Virus record (IMG/VR): IMGVR_UViG_3300036939_000003
Location: 1 to 51,693 of that record
Direction: 5' to 3' (one strand)
DNA from: a virus
Lineage: Duplodnaviria; Caudoviricetes
DNA: 51,693 bases
The notes under the pieces are model-generated. The model made no database searches. It was given only the letters and a program-made list of their open reading frames with translations, and had not been told where the DNA came from. Every line of letters starts with the position of its first letter. The stretch's first letter is position 1. A program made the position numbers and the translations under genes. This document shows, piece by piece, positions 7,269 to 17,072 of the stretch.

Positions 7269-10200
7269 ATGGAAATAGCGAAACTTATTGCAGTTTTTGA
7301 AGGCGAAACCTCAAACTTTGAGGCTGCAAATAAGCGCGTTGAATCCGGGATAGAAAAAACATCACAAACCTATATTGACGCAAACGGTAGAATGCGCGAC
7401 GCTTCGGGAAGGTTCGCAAGTTCAGCCGAAAAAGATATGGGGCGCGCAGGCAATGCGTTTACCGTTTTTAGTTCTCATGTAGGCAATATAGGCGATAAAT
7501 TCAAATCTCTGGGCGGTTCGATGCAGAGTTTTGGTGCAACGCTTTCCGCATCGATTTCACTTCCTTTAACTGCTCTCGGCGCGTTAAGCGTCAAAACTTC
7601 AGCCTCATTCGATTCATTAAAAAGAGGCTTAACCGCCGTTGCTGGCTCATCCAGTGAAGCGGAACGCCAACTGTCAAGATTAAAAGAAGTCGCAAAACTT
7701 CCCGGGCTTGGATTCAAAGAAGCGATTCAAGGCGCTATAAATCTACAGGCGGCAGGGTTTAACGCCGAACTTGCCGAACGCGCTCTAAAAGGATTCGGTA
7801 ACGCTCTTGCCACGGTCGGAAAAGGAAAAGCTGAATTAGACGGCGTTATTACCGCACTTAGCCAGATAGCTTCAAAAGGCAAAATCTCAGCCGAAGAAAT
7901 CAACCAGTTAGCAGAACGCGTTCCGCAGATTCGGCAGATAATGAAATCCGCTTTCGGCACGTCAGACACGGAAGCCTTGCAGAATATGGGGATTTCCGCC
8001 GAGGCGTTTGTCGGCAAAGTCACCGCCGAATTGGAAAAACTTCCACAGGTTACGGGCGGAATCGGCAACGCGTTTGAAAACCTTTCAGACCTCGTAGAAC
8101 AGGCGCTATTGCCTGTCGGAGACGCGATAAACAGCTTTCTTATTCCTGCGATTGAAACAGTCTCGCCATACATTCAGCAGCTTTCCGATTATTTCAAATC
8201 ACTGTCACCGACCATGCAGGGAGTAGTTCTTGCAATCGGCGCGATAGCTACGGCGGCGGGTCCGGTTATAGCACTTCTAGGCACGGCAGGAATTGCAGTT
8301 GGAGGGCTTGCAACACTATTCGGAACGCTCGGAACGGCTATTCCGATAATAGCCGCGGCATTTGCCACTTTTGCGCCCGTGATAGCAGTCGTCGGCGCAC
8401 ATCTTGCGGCGCTTTATCTTGCGTGGACGCGAGATTTCGGAGGAATAAAAACTACAACGCTGGAAGTTTGGGAGGTGGTTAAATCTGCTACTACAACGGC
8501 GATAAATGCTATTTATGATTTAACGCAAAGGATCGGAGGCGATATTGTCCGATGGTGGAACGATAACTATCCGCTAATCGAGCAGACCGTGAAAAACGTC
8601 TCGGAAGGAATGAGGCAAGCGATCCAGACAGTAGGCACGTGGATTGCGGACTTCTGGGCACGGCACGGCGATACAATCGTTCAGGTAATTAAAAACGCGT
8701 GGGATTCTGTTTCATTTATCGTTTCAAACGCGGTAAAAGGGATTCTCGCTGTTATTAAAATCACTTTGCAGGCGATAAACGGCGATTGGGCTGGAGCGTG
8801 GGAAACCGTCAAGGATACTACGCGCCGTGCATTCAGCCAGCTAGAAGTGATGTTCCGCGCAATCGGAAACGCTTTGCTTGACGCTTTCGCACGGATGATA
8901 GTCGGGGCTGTAGATTTCGGCAAATCTCTTTTCAATGCCATCGACAGCGCAATAAGACAAGTAATAGTCGCATTCGCAAACCTGCCTCAAAATCTGATCA
9001 GTCTGGTTCCGAAATTCATTGCCGCGGGCTTGTCAATCGGCGCGGCGTTAGTAAACGGAATCAAAGACGGTTTAAGCGGTGTCGCTACTGCTACGGCAAG
9101 CGTCGGCGGCACTCTCCCTCAAAACAATACATCTCTTATCAACGGCGCTACGCAGGCAAAAGCACAGGCTGAAGCGCTTGCAAAAGCGGCAACTATTATT
9201 GTTGCGCCGCCCCCTACTTCTCCGACAGGCACGGGAGGCGGAGGAAAGGTAAGCAAAACCAAAAAAGAAGATACGGGCGACAAATGGGACTGGCGGGCGA
9301 TAAAAGCCTTTGGCGAGGCGATGGGCTTTAATGTCGGAAAGACGGCAAGCAAGAACGGCGCGACATTCGGCGGCAAACATAACCCCGGAAGCGCACATTA
9401 TGCAGGGCTTGCCGTAGATTTTTCGGTAAAAGGAAAGACATCCCAGCAGATAGCCGAGTTTTTTCAGAAAGCATTGGAATCGGGATTACGCGTACTGGAC
9501 GAGCGCAAAGGTCCGATGACACCCGGTGCTGTCTGGAAAGGCGCTCATCTCCATTTAGAAGCGTCGAAGAAACGCTCATTTCTGCCGAATAATCCAGAGC
9601 TTGAAGTCTTGGACCGCGCACGGCTCGAAAGCAACTCTAAAGTAGCATCGGTTCTCAAAGACCAGTTTCAGGACTTATCTCAAAAAGGCGATACGTTCCG
9701 CGACGTGATTAAGTCTCTAAGCGGCGAATTGCAGTCTTTCGGCGTGAACACGCGCGAAGGGCAGATAGCACTTGAGCTGATGGGTGAGAAGTTCCAGGAT
9801 TTAACCGAAGCGCAAAAAGCAGAAGTTATCGAACTGGCTAAACGGGTTGACTGGCAGAATAAGCAGAAAGAATCTCTCGCTAGCTTTGAAAACGTTCTCA
9901 AAGATTTGGGATTGGTAAAAGAGCCTACAATCTTCGAGCGAATTGACACATTTTTCAGTGATATTACTCTAACTCAGAAAATCAAAGGAATGGCTGATGC
10001 CGTCAGCTTAACGGTCGAAAGATTCAAAGAAATGCTCAAATGGAACGAGAGCATAAAAGGACTTACACCCGACTCCTTGAACATCCCAATCGAGCCAGAA
10101 AGAGATTTAAGAGAAACTGCCGGCGCGGCTGAAGCTGTGCCGCTACTTAATACCATCGGAGACATCGCCCCTCGTATTACAAAGCCGTGGGAAGATTTTT

Positions 10201-10772
10201 TCAAGACCTTAAGAGACGGTTTCGGCAGCATCCGCGAATCTATGCCGCCACTTAGAGAATCGCTAGGTGAAGCTTTACTCGATATTCCTTCAAGAATGGC
10301 TGACGTGTGGACTAACGCTATACAAAACACGGACGGAACTATCAAAGGATTTTTCAAGTCCCTGTTAACCGGATTCGCTCAGATGGTTAACCAAATTCTT
10401 ATGGAACTAGCCCGCATAGCAATAATGAAGGCGGTCACCTCGCTTTTCTCAGCGGCGTTAGGCGGAGGTTTCGGCTCTGCGGGACCGGCAGCACCGGGAG
10501 TAGGTTTAATGGCTGGCGCTCGTGCGGCGGGCGGTCCGGTGTCCTCAAATTTACCGTATCTCGTAGGCGAAAAAGGATGGGAGGTATTTGTCCCGAAAAC
10601 AAACGGGCAGATTCTCAATCAAGATCAACTTGGAAAACTAGGCGGTCAAAAAGTAGAGATTCACAACCATTTTCACCCAGACCCGAAGACGGGCAGATAT
10701 TCGCAGGAATCGGCTGAACAGGCTGGACGGCGCATGGGAGGACAGATTCAAAGAAGTCTTGTACGCGGTTAA
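7269..10772 (+). CDS. Tape measure protein with internal M15-like peptidase motif
   Basis: Tape-measure N-domain (SQIASKGKISAEEINQLAER), Trp-spaced repeats, C-terminal RAAGGPV...YLVGEKGWEVFVP; ATG 7269 preferred. Confidence 0.9.
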   Translation: MEIAKLIAVFEGETSNFEAANKRVESGIEKTSQTYIDANGRMRDASGRFASSAEKDMGRAGNAFTVFSSHVGNIGDKFKSLGGSMQSFGATLSASISLPLTALGALSVKTSASFDSLKRGLTAVAGSSSEAERQLSRLKEVAKLPGLGFKEAIQGAINLQAAGFNAELAERALKGFGNALATVGKGKAELDGVITALSQIASKGKISAEEINQLAERVPQIRQIMKSAFGTSDTEALQNMGISAEAFVGKVTAELEKLPQVTGGIGNAFENLSDLVEQALLPVGDAINSFLIPAIETVSPYIQQLSDYFKSLSPTMQGVVLAIGAIATAAGPVIALLGTAGIAVGGLATLFGTLGTAIPIIAAAFATFAPVIAVVGAHLAALYLAWTRDFGGIKTTTLEVWEVVKSATTTAINAIYDLTQRIGGDIVRWWNDNYPLIEQTVKNVSEGMRQAIQTVGTWIADFWARHGDTIVQVIKNAWDSVSFIVSNAVKGILAVIKITLQAINGDWAGAWETVKDTTRRAFSQLEVMFRAIGNALLDAFARMIVGAVDFGKSLFNAIDSAIRQVIVAFANLPQNLISLVPKFIAAGLSIGAALVNGIKDGLSGVATATASVGGTLPQNNTSLINGATQAKAQAEALAKAATIIVAPPPTSPTGTGGGGKVSKTKKEDTGDKWDWRAIKAFGEAMGFNVGKTASKNGATFGGKHNPGSAHYAGLAVDFSVKGKTSQQIAEFFQKALESGLRVLDERKGPMTPGAVWKGAHLHLEASKKRSFLPNNPELEVLDRARLESNSKVASVLKDQFQDLSQKGDTFRDVIKSLSGELQSFGVNTREGQIALELMGEKFQDLTEAQKAEVIELAKRVDWQNKQKESLASFENVLKDLGLVKEPTIFERIDTFFSDITLTQKIKGMADAVSLTVERFKEMLKWNESIKGLTPDSLNIPIEPERDLRETAGAAEAVPLLNTIGDIAPRITKPWEDFFKTLRDGFGSIRESMPPLRESLGEALLDIPSRMADVWTNAIQNTDGTIKGFFKSLLTGFAQMVNQILMELARIAIMKAVTSLFSAALGGGFGSAGPAAPGVGLMAGARAAGGPVSSNLPYLVGEKGWEVFVPKTNGQILNQDQLGKLGGQKVEIHNHFHPDPKTGRYSQESAEQAGRRMGGQIQRSLVRG

Positions 10773-10774
10773 TT

Positions 10775-11395
10775 ATGCCAATCGAATTTGACGAGGTAGA
10801 ACTTAATAGAATGTATTCACCCGCAGCGCACGGCGGACCTGTTTTCTCTACGTCCATCTACGGGAATCCTTTCGGCTATCGTCAGAGAAATATAAATCAA
10901 TTCGATGCCATCCACGTTTACGAGTTCGATTTTGAAGGACAGCGCGAGGGCAGCTACTTTGAAGAGCTTGTAGCTTTTTTTATGACTCGTAAAGGTCGCG
11001 CGATAGGCTTTCGCTTCTTTCCTTTTGATGACAACTCTTGGATTAACAATCAGATCGGTACATACGCGACAGGTACAGCTACCTATCCCTTATACAAAAG
11101 GTACGCGGTAGGTTCCCGAACTTATGAGAGAAGAATACTTAAACCTAACAACGATTTAGTCGTTGCGGTCGGCGGCGTTCCGGTTTCTGCTTCGGTTAAT
11201 ACAGCGACGGGACACATAACAATATCAGGCAGCCACTCTCACGGCGCGGCGATTACCGTCACATCAGGTACGTTCTGCATTCCAGTTACTTTTAACACAG
11301 ATAAAATGGACAGGTCATCGAGCGCACCGGGTTATTTTAATTTTAATGGATTATCCGTGGTGGAGATTCTCGCCGCTGAATTAGGGCTTACATGA
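10775..11395 (+). CDS. Distal tail protein, DUF2460 (GTA-type)
   Basis: GGPVFSTSI, FFMTRKGRAIGFRF and PVTFNTD motifs. Confidence 0.85.
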   Translation: MPIEFDEVELNRMYSPAAHGGPVFSTSIYGNPFGYRQRNINQFDAIHVYEFDFEGQREGSYFEELVAFFMTRKGRAIGFRFFPFDDNSWINNQIGTYATGTATYPLYKRYAVGSRTYERRILKPNNDLVVAVGGVPVSASVNTATGHITISGSHSHGAAITVTSGTFCIPVTFNTDKMDRSSSAPGYFNFNGLSVVEILAAELGLT

Positions 11396-12237
11396 CAACA
11401 GACCAAATAACAGCACTTCAAAAAGGCACTTCTTCAATCTGCATGCTTGCCAAGCTAACGGCGGCGGCGGACAAGGGAGGTTTTGTTATCAGGATAGCTC
11501 TAAACACCAGAAAGATTACTTTTGAAGGTGAAGACTATAATCCGTTTCCGGTCGAAGCATCCGAACAGGAGATAACAGCGGGAACGTCAGTAGATAACGC
11601 TACCTTTCAAACCATGCTATCTGATGCGCTGAATCGCCTCAATCTTCGGGGAGGTATATGGCAAGGCGCAAAGGTGGAAATAATCAAAGTGGATTATTTA
11701 AATCTCGGCATCGGTGCAATCGAACGCTACCGGGGAAGGTTCGGAGAGGCGACGATTAACGGTCGTCAGGTTAGCCTTGAATACCAGAGCCTTACGCGCC
11801 TTCTTTCTCAAGAAATCGGAGACAAAACAAGTCACCTTTGCCGCTACCAGCTTGGAGTATATGACTATAAAAACAACTTCTGCCCTGTAAATCTAGCCTC
11901 ATTTACTCAAACAGGAAGTGTCACGGCAAAGACGAACGATCAGAAGTTCACCATCTCAATCAGCATGGCAGACGGCTACTACTACCGGGGAAAAATCAAG
12001 TGGACATCGGGGAGCAATAACGGGCTTTCAATGGAGACTCAAAACAACGTAGGAAACGTTTTAACACTACTCCAGCCTATGTATAAAACAGTGCAGATAG
12101 GCGACACGTTTCAACTAATAGCGGGCGACGATAAGAAACTATCGACGTGTCATAACAAATTTAACGCGGCGATAGACTTCGGCGGGGAAACCGAGGAAAT
12201 GCCTACGCGCGACGATTTATTTAAATTCCCTGATTAG
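11392..12237 (+). CDS. Baseplate hub protein, DUF2163/BR0599 family
   Basis: CRYQLG...C and AGDDKKLSTCHNKFN motifs; synteny. Confidence 0.85.
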   Translation: MTTDQITALQKGTSSICMLAKLTAAADKGGFVIRIALNTRKITFEGEDYNPFPVEASEQEITAGTSVDNATFQTMLSDALNRLNLRGGIWQGAKVEIIKVDYLNLGIGAIERYRGRFGEATINGRQVSLEYQSLTRLLSQEIGDKTSHLCRYQLGVYDYKNNFCPVNLASFTQTGSVTAKTNDQKFTISISMADGYYYRGKIKWTSGSNNGLSMETQNNVGNVLTLLQPMYKTVQIGDTFQLIAGDDKKLSTCHNKFNAAIDFGGETEEMPTRDDLFKFPD

Positions 12238-12238
12238 C

Positions 12239-12670
12239 ATGGCTAAGAAAGCAGTAAAAAAACAGCAGATTGTTGAGGCGGCTAGAAAGTGGCTCGGAAC
12301 GCGCTACCAGAATCAAGGGCGTGATAATTACGGTCTGGACTGTGGAGGGTTGATTCTCGTTGTTGGCAGAGAATTAGGCATATCTAGCTTAGAGTTTTTG
12401 GGCTATTCCAACAACCCGGACGGAGAGACTTTCGAGCGACTATTATGCCAGGAGTTAAACGAAGTTACGCCGAAAGAGAAAGTTCAAATAGGAGACATTA
12501 TCGCTTGTGATTACGGCGACGGAATACAGCATACAGCTTTTGTAACCGATAAAGACCCGAAATTAAAAATTATTCACGCTAAAAGAGCGCATGGAGTAGT
12601 CGAACAGTTCATACACGGCAGAGATTTAAGAGCGTGGGTCAAGACGTACAGGGTAAAGGGAGTTAAATGA
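12239..12670 (+). CDS. NlpC/P60 tail-associated peptidase
   Basis: ARKWLGTRY...GLDCGGL catalytic Cys, plus HTAF and IIHA histidines. Confidence 0.9.
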   Translation: MAKKAVKKQQIVEAARKWLGTRYQNQGRDNYGLDCGGLILVVGRELGISSLEFLGYSNNPDGETFERLLCQELNEVTPKEKVQIGDIIACDYGDGIQHTAFVTDKDPKLKIIHAKRAHGVVEQFIHGRDLRAWVKTYRVKGVK

Positions 12671-12849
12671 AAGCAAATCTTTATATTAATGTGCAAATAG
12701 ATTCGGAAAGAGTAGAGAAAGCCCGTCAAAAGTGGCTTAAAAATGAAATAACGCTTGATGAATACAAAGCAGAGATAAATAAAGCGGCTTTAATCGGAAA
12801 AACCAAGCCAGCCCCGAAAGGGACATTAACAGTTGCAAATAGTAAATGA
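12667..12849 (+). CDS. Small hypothetical protein
   Basis: 60 aa, coupled on both sides by ATGA overlaps. Confidence 0.6.
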   Translation: MKANLYINVQIDSERVEKARQKWLKNEITLDEYKAEINKAALIGKTKPAPKGTLTVANSK

Positions 12850-15800
12850 ATCTTTTTAATTCAAAATTCGGCTTTTATAAACAGTTTCTTATAGCATCTG
12901 TTTTTCTTCTCGGATGCGTATTAACCATTCGTGCCGAACCTATTTCTCTGACTGCCGTTTTAACTTCTCTCGCCATCTCAGCCGCAACAACAGCAGCGTC
13001 CTTTGCCTTAAATTACCTGATGGCTCCAAAGCCGAAAGGTCAAGATAAGGGAAAATTACAAGGCGAGATTCAGCTGTCTAATGTTGGTGAAGACCTTTTT
13101 ATAAATGAATACGCGGGCTGCCGTCAATCAGACGGTATAGGTGGTATCAAATCAGGAGTTATCTTTATCTACGCTTCGCAGATTAGAAAAACCGTTGTCG
13201 AAACATCGGGCGGAGGCGGAGGCTCGCGCGGCGGAAAAGGCGGAGGTTCAAGGAGCGCCCCGGCAAACCGCGAGTATCATTATTTTATAGATTTAGCCTG
13301 CATGGTCGGGCGCGGCAAGGTTCGCATACTAGAGATAAAAGCAGGCACAGATGTACTATACCGCAACTATCCGCAAGGCTCGGTCACTGGTACTACTTAC
13401 GAGACCGCTACGAGTTATTCAGGAGGCGCGGCATTATCTACGGACATTACTTTTTCGGGCAGTAACAAGATAACGATGCCAACCTCGTCCACTGCCACTT
13501 TTACCATTACTGGCGATGGAAGCGAACACGCATTTTATATCTATTACAAGGCGGCGGCTGACAGGTCGCTGAACGTTACCATCAACGGTGTGGCGCGTAC
13601 CATCGCGCTTCCTGAAACGTTTGGAAGAATCGAATCCGTGATGATCGTCGGTGATACGAACGTTGGAGCTACCACATTCTTCATTCAGAATCCGGGCGCG
13701 TCCGTCGAGATTGACAAGATTGTGATGGGCGAAAGGTTTACCGTGCCTCCTGAGTTTCCGCCCGGTCCCATATCAGGCGGCAAGAATCCCGATTACATTA
13801 ATCCCATTACGACCTACAGCGCCAGCACGTTACGCGACCCTACGCTTTCGGACTACCGCGCGGCTGATGAGTACAACTATCAGCCTAAGAAAGATTCTAC
13901 AGGCGCTACCGAAGCAGCTATTACGGCAGGGGCTAATATTCGCATATATGAGGGAACATTAGACCAATTACCCGACCCTCTCTTGCAAGCGCATTTTGAA
14001 GCGAAATACGGCGCAGGCTCAACTCCTGCCTATCGCAACCGTTCATATTTCGTACTGGAAAACTTTGAGATTACCAAATATGGTTCGGTTCCGAATATTA
14101 CTGTAGTTGTCGAATCCATTGACAACAAGACATTAAGCCAATTATACGCCTCGCGCTCGGCACGAACGGGGCTGGACTCTTCCGAATACAATTACACTTC
14201 ATTTGATAACGTCAATTTGCGAGGGTTTGCGATTACTAACAGGCAGGCTCCAAAAACAGAAATGTCTCTTTTAAATCGACTGTTCGATGTGGACGTTTAC
14301 GAAGACACCGAAGGGCTTATAAAAGGTGTAGTACCGACAGAGACAGTAGCGGCTACCATATATTCGACTGATTTAGATGTTGACGTTAAGGAAGACGTGG
14401 AAGAAGATGCAAAACCCGTCGCCATTCAAACGAAGATTCAAAACGAGTATGAACTGCCTAAGACATTGGAAGTGTCGTTTTTCAACCCCGAAAAAGATTT
14501 CGAGATCGGAAGTGTCCACGCCACACGCGAAGTGACCGTATCGCAGAAAAAAGAAAACATCGAGGCTAATCTGGTTCTAACTGAAGCCGAAGCGCAGAAG
14601 ATATGTGATAGAGAGCATCAGAGAATATTAGTAGAAAAGGACGGATCGAGTTTTACCACTTTTCAGAAATGGGGATACTTGCGACCTACAGACCTTGTAT
14701 CAGTACAGAATTTAGAGGGAGATTTTGAGCGAATAAGATTAAAGGCTAGAAACGGCGACGTTCCGGGGAAATTAACATTTACAGGCGTGTCTCGTAACGT
14801 GCTTGAACCTTTTCCGCGAATATTTACAGAACCGTCTGAAAATCCTAACATTCCGCCCATTTTCAAAGTGCCACCTCACGTTATCGGGACTATATTCGAT
14901 TTTGGAAACTTAAGAACATCGGACAATCAAACAGGATTCTATGTCGCCTGTGCAATGACCGACCAGATGTACACGTGGCAGGGCGCGTCTCTTTACTGGG
15001 AAAGGGAAACCGGCTATGAACTTCTCACAAATGTTAATAACCAGGCTACTATCGGGCGCACCTTAACAAACTCTCTGGGGACGCTCCCGACTACGCCCGT
15101 TGGTTGGACTGAAAACAGTTGGGACACCACTTCGACAGTAACCTTTGATTTATTTAACGGCGAGGTAGAAGCCAGAACCGATGCCGAAGTTTTAGACCGT
15201 TTCAACGTTCTACTTGTAGGTGACGAGCTGATAGCTTTTGCCACCGCCACACGTGTAAACGGTTTTCCTAACAGATGGACAGTCTCTCGATTAAGACGAA
15301 GACTAAAAGGCACTTATTCCACATCTCATATTGCAGGCGAACGCGTTCTTTTAATGAGCGACGCTGTTAAATTCGTGCCCGTAGATTTGTCAGAGTTCGG
15401 AAAGGCACGAAACTATAAATTTGTATCTAGCGGGCAGGATATTACAAAAGCCTCATCGTTTAACTATACGTGGGGCGGCACGACCGAGCCTCCTACTAAT
15501 TTCAGAGGAATATATAAAGGAACTGTCGTTACTTTCAAATGGGATGCGTCCATAACGGCGGGAGTTAAAGGCTACCGCATAACGGATGAGAATAATAATA
15601 TTATTATTCCATTCACGTCAGACACGGAGTTTACCGTACCCGTGGATAGAGCTGTATTTAAATATAAAGTATTCGCCATATCTCGCTATGATGTTGTTTC
15701 TACTAATCATATTTATTTAGAGTATGTAGTTCCGCCTCCGCCGAAGTTTACAAATCCTTATCGGGGCGTAGTTCTTCAAACCGGAGAATTTCAAAAAACA

Positions 15801-17072
15801 TCGGCAACAGGTGGTTTATGGGACGGTTACGCCAATATTAATTATCACCTTCTCGACTACAGCGGAACTATCCGTTTTACGGCAGATGTCACTACTGTTA
15901 AACGTGCTTTCGGGTTCGTAGCATCCAACAGTTTCGGGGATAGTTTCTATTTTGATACCTACCAGAACATCGCGATAGGAATACTGCTCGATTCCAACGC
16001 CACAGCCTATTTTATCTGCAACGACCCTACCCATGCAACGATGACCTCTCTAGGGGCATACCTTGCGGGTGATGAGTTTTACATTACTTTACGAAGACCA
16101 GTAACGGGCGGCGAAACGGGAACCTCAATGAATCCGGGCGCTAATATCTACCGTACACGCGCGGGGACTACTATATTACTAGGATTCGTAGCGGCGGCGG
16201 GTGAAAGCACGTCAGGCGCATTGGCTTCTAACGTAGAGATGAGCCTGCCTGTCGGATTCGGCGTATCTCTTTATACTCAAAACACTACTTTTCCGTCCAC
16301 GTTAAAAATAGAAGGTGATCTTTTCCCGATTGACCCCGTTCGACCAAGTTTGGAGGGAAGTTCAGGCGCTTACACTACATCTTCAAGCGGGCTTACGTAC
16401 GACCAGACCACTGGTAATATGACGTGGGTTTCCGGTTCGCCAGTAGCGTGGACAGGCGAATGGTTCAAAGCGGGGCAAAACGGTGAATGGGGATTCAAAC
16501 CGAAGGCTAACTCAGCTTTTCAAATAGGTTTTACGGCTGACACATCATCAAGTTCTCTAGGTTTATATTTAAACTTTAAAGCAGATGGAACGGTTGACCT
16601 CGTTAATACATCTTTAGGAACTACAAATAGTCTCGGAGCTTACACGGCTGATTCATCCTATGCTTATCGGCGTGTCGGTAATTATATTTTTATCCGTTCA
16701 GGATTAGACACCAACCGTCTGATACACGCTAACGCTTATTATTATCTTGCAAACTCGACTCTTATACGTCTGATGGTCAAGCCGACTGCCGCGGGCGGGC
16801 TTACGGCGTTCACAATGAAGCGCGGGCAGCCTTCCGAGATTAATTCTTTGACCGGATACGTGAAGGGAAGCGAAGTTACTCTAGCACCAGCATTTGTCGG
16901 TAAAAACCTATTAAGCAGCAGTCCCGAAATCTACCGACCATTGGGAGCAAAAGACGGCGATCCGGTTGTGATGAGCGGCGATAGATATATTGTAGCTCCT
17001 GCCGCCGCCACAACATCAATTTCAGTTTACGAGACCGCACTACTTTCAGGAGGAACTTTTACTTACAGCTAA
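12846..17072 (+). CDS. Tail tip / host specificity protein (GTA megatron or gpJ-like)
   Basis: 1408 aa; PAYRNRSYFVLENF and ELIAFATAT...LRRRLKGT motifs; FN3-like and beta-rich C-terminal segments. Confidence 0.85.
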   Translation: MNLFNSKFGFYKQFLIASVFLLGCVLTIRAEPISLTAVLTSLAISAATTAASFALNYLMAPKPKGQDKGKLQGEIQLSNVGEDLFINEYAGCRQSDGIGGIKSGVIFIYASQIRKTVVETSGGGGGSRGGKGGGSRSAPANREYHYFIDLACMVGRGKVRILEIKAGTDVLYRNYPQGSVTGTTYETATSYSGGAALSTDITFSGSNKITMPTSSTATFTITGDGSEHAFYIYYKAAADRSLNVTINGVARTIALPETFGRIESVMIVGDTNVGATTFFIQNPGASVEIDKIVMGERFTVPPEFPPGPISGGKNPDYINPITTYSASTLRDPTLSDYRAADEYNYQPKKDSTGATEAAITAGANIRIYEGTLDQLPDPLLQAHFEAKYGAGSTPAYRNRSYFVLENFEITKYGSVPNITVVVESIDNKTLSQLYASRSARTGLDSSEYNYTSFDNVNLRGFAITNRQAPKTEMSLLNRLFDVDVYEDTEGLIKGVVPTETVAATIYSTDLDVDVKEDVEEDAKPVAIQTKIQNEYELPKTLEVSFFNPEKDFEIGSVHATREVTVSQKKENIEANLVLTEAEAQKICDREHQRILVEKDGSSFTTFQKWGYLRPTDLVSVQNLEGDFERIRLKARNGDVPGKLTFTGVSRNVLEPFPRIFTEPSENPNIPPIFKVPPHVIGTIFDFGNLRTSDNQTGFYVACAMTDQMYTWQGASLYWERETGYELLTNVNNQATIGRTLTNSLGTLPTTPVGWTENSWDTTSTVTFDLFNGEVEARTDAEVLDRFNVLLVGDELIAFATATRVNGFPNRWTVSRLRRRLKGTYSTSHIAGERVLLMSDAVKFVPVDLSEFGKARNYKFVSSGQDITKASSFNYTWGGTTEPPTNFRGIYKGTVVTFKWDASITAGVKGYRITDENNNIIIPFTSDTEFTVPVDRAVFKYKVFAISRYDVVSTNHIYLEYVVPPPPKFTNPYRGVVLQTGEFQKTSATGGLWDGYANINYHLLDYSGTIRFTADVTTVKRAFGFVASNSFGDSFYFDTYQNIAIGILLDSNATAYFICNDPTHATMTSLGAYLAGDEFYITLRRPVTGGETGTSMNPGANIYRTRAGTTILLGFVAAAGESTSGALASNVEMSLPVGFGVSLYTQNTTFPSTLKIEGDLFPIDPVRPSLEGSSGAYTTSSSGLTYDQTTGNMTWVSGSPVAWTGEWFKAGQNGEWGFKPKANSAFQIGFTADTSSSSLGLYLNFKADGTVDLVNTSLGTTNSLGAYTADSSYAYRRVGNYIFIRSGLDTNRLIHANAYYYLANSTLIRLMVKPTAAGGLTAFTMKRGQPSEINSLTGYVKGSEVTLAPAFVGKNLLSSSPEIYRPLGAKDGDPVVMSGDRYIVAPAAATTSISVYETALLSGGTFTYS

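Noticed and set aside
7475-10857. Numerous minus-strand ORFs opposite the tape measure gene
   Set aside because: They are antisense shadows of a long coding frame with no RBS or motifs. The same applies to most minus-strand ORFs over other long genes.
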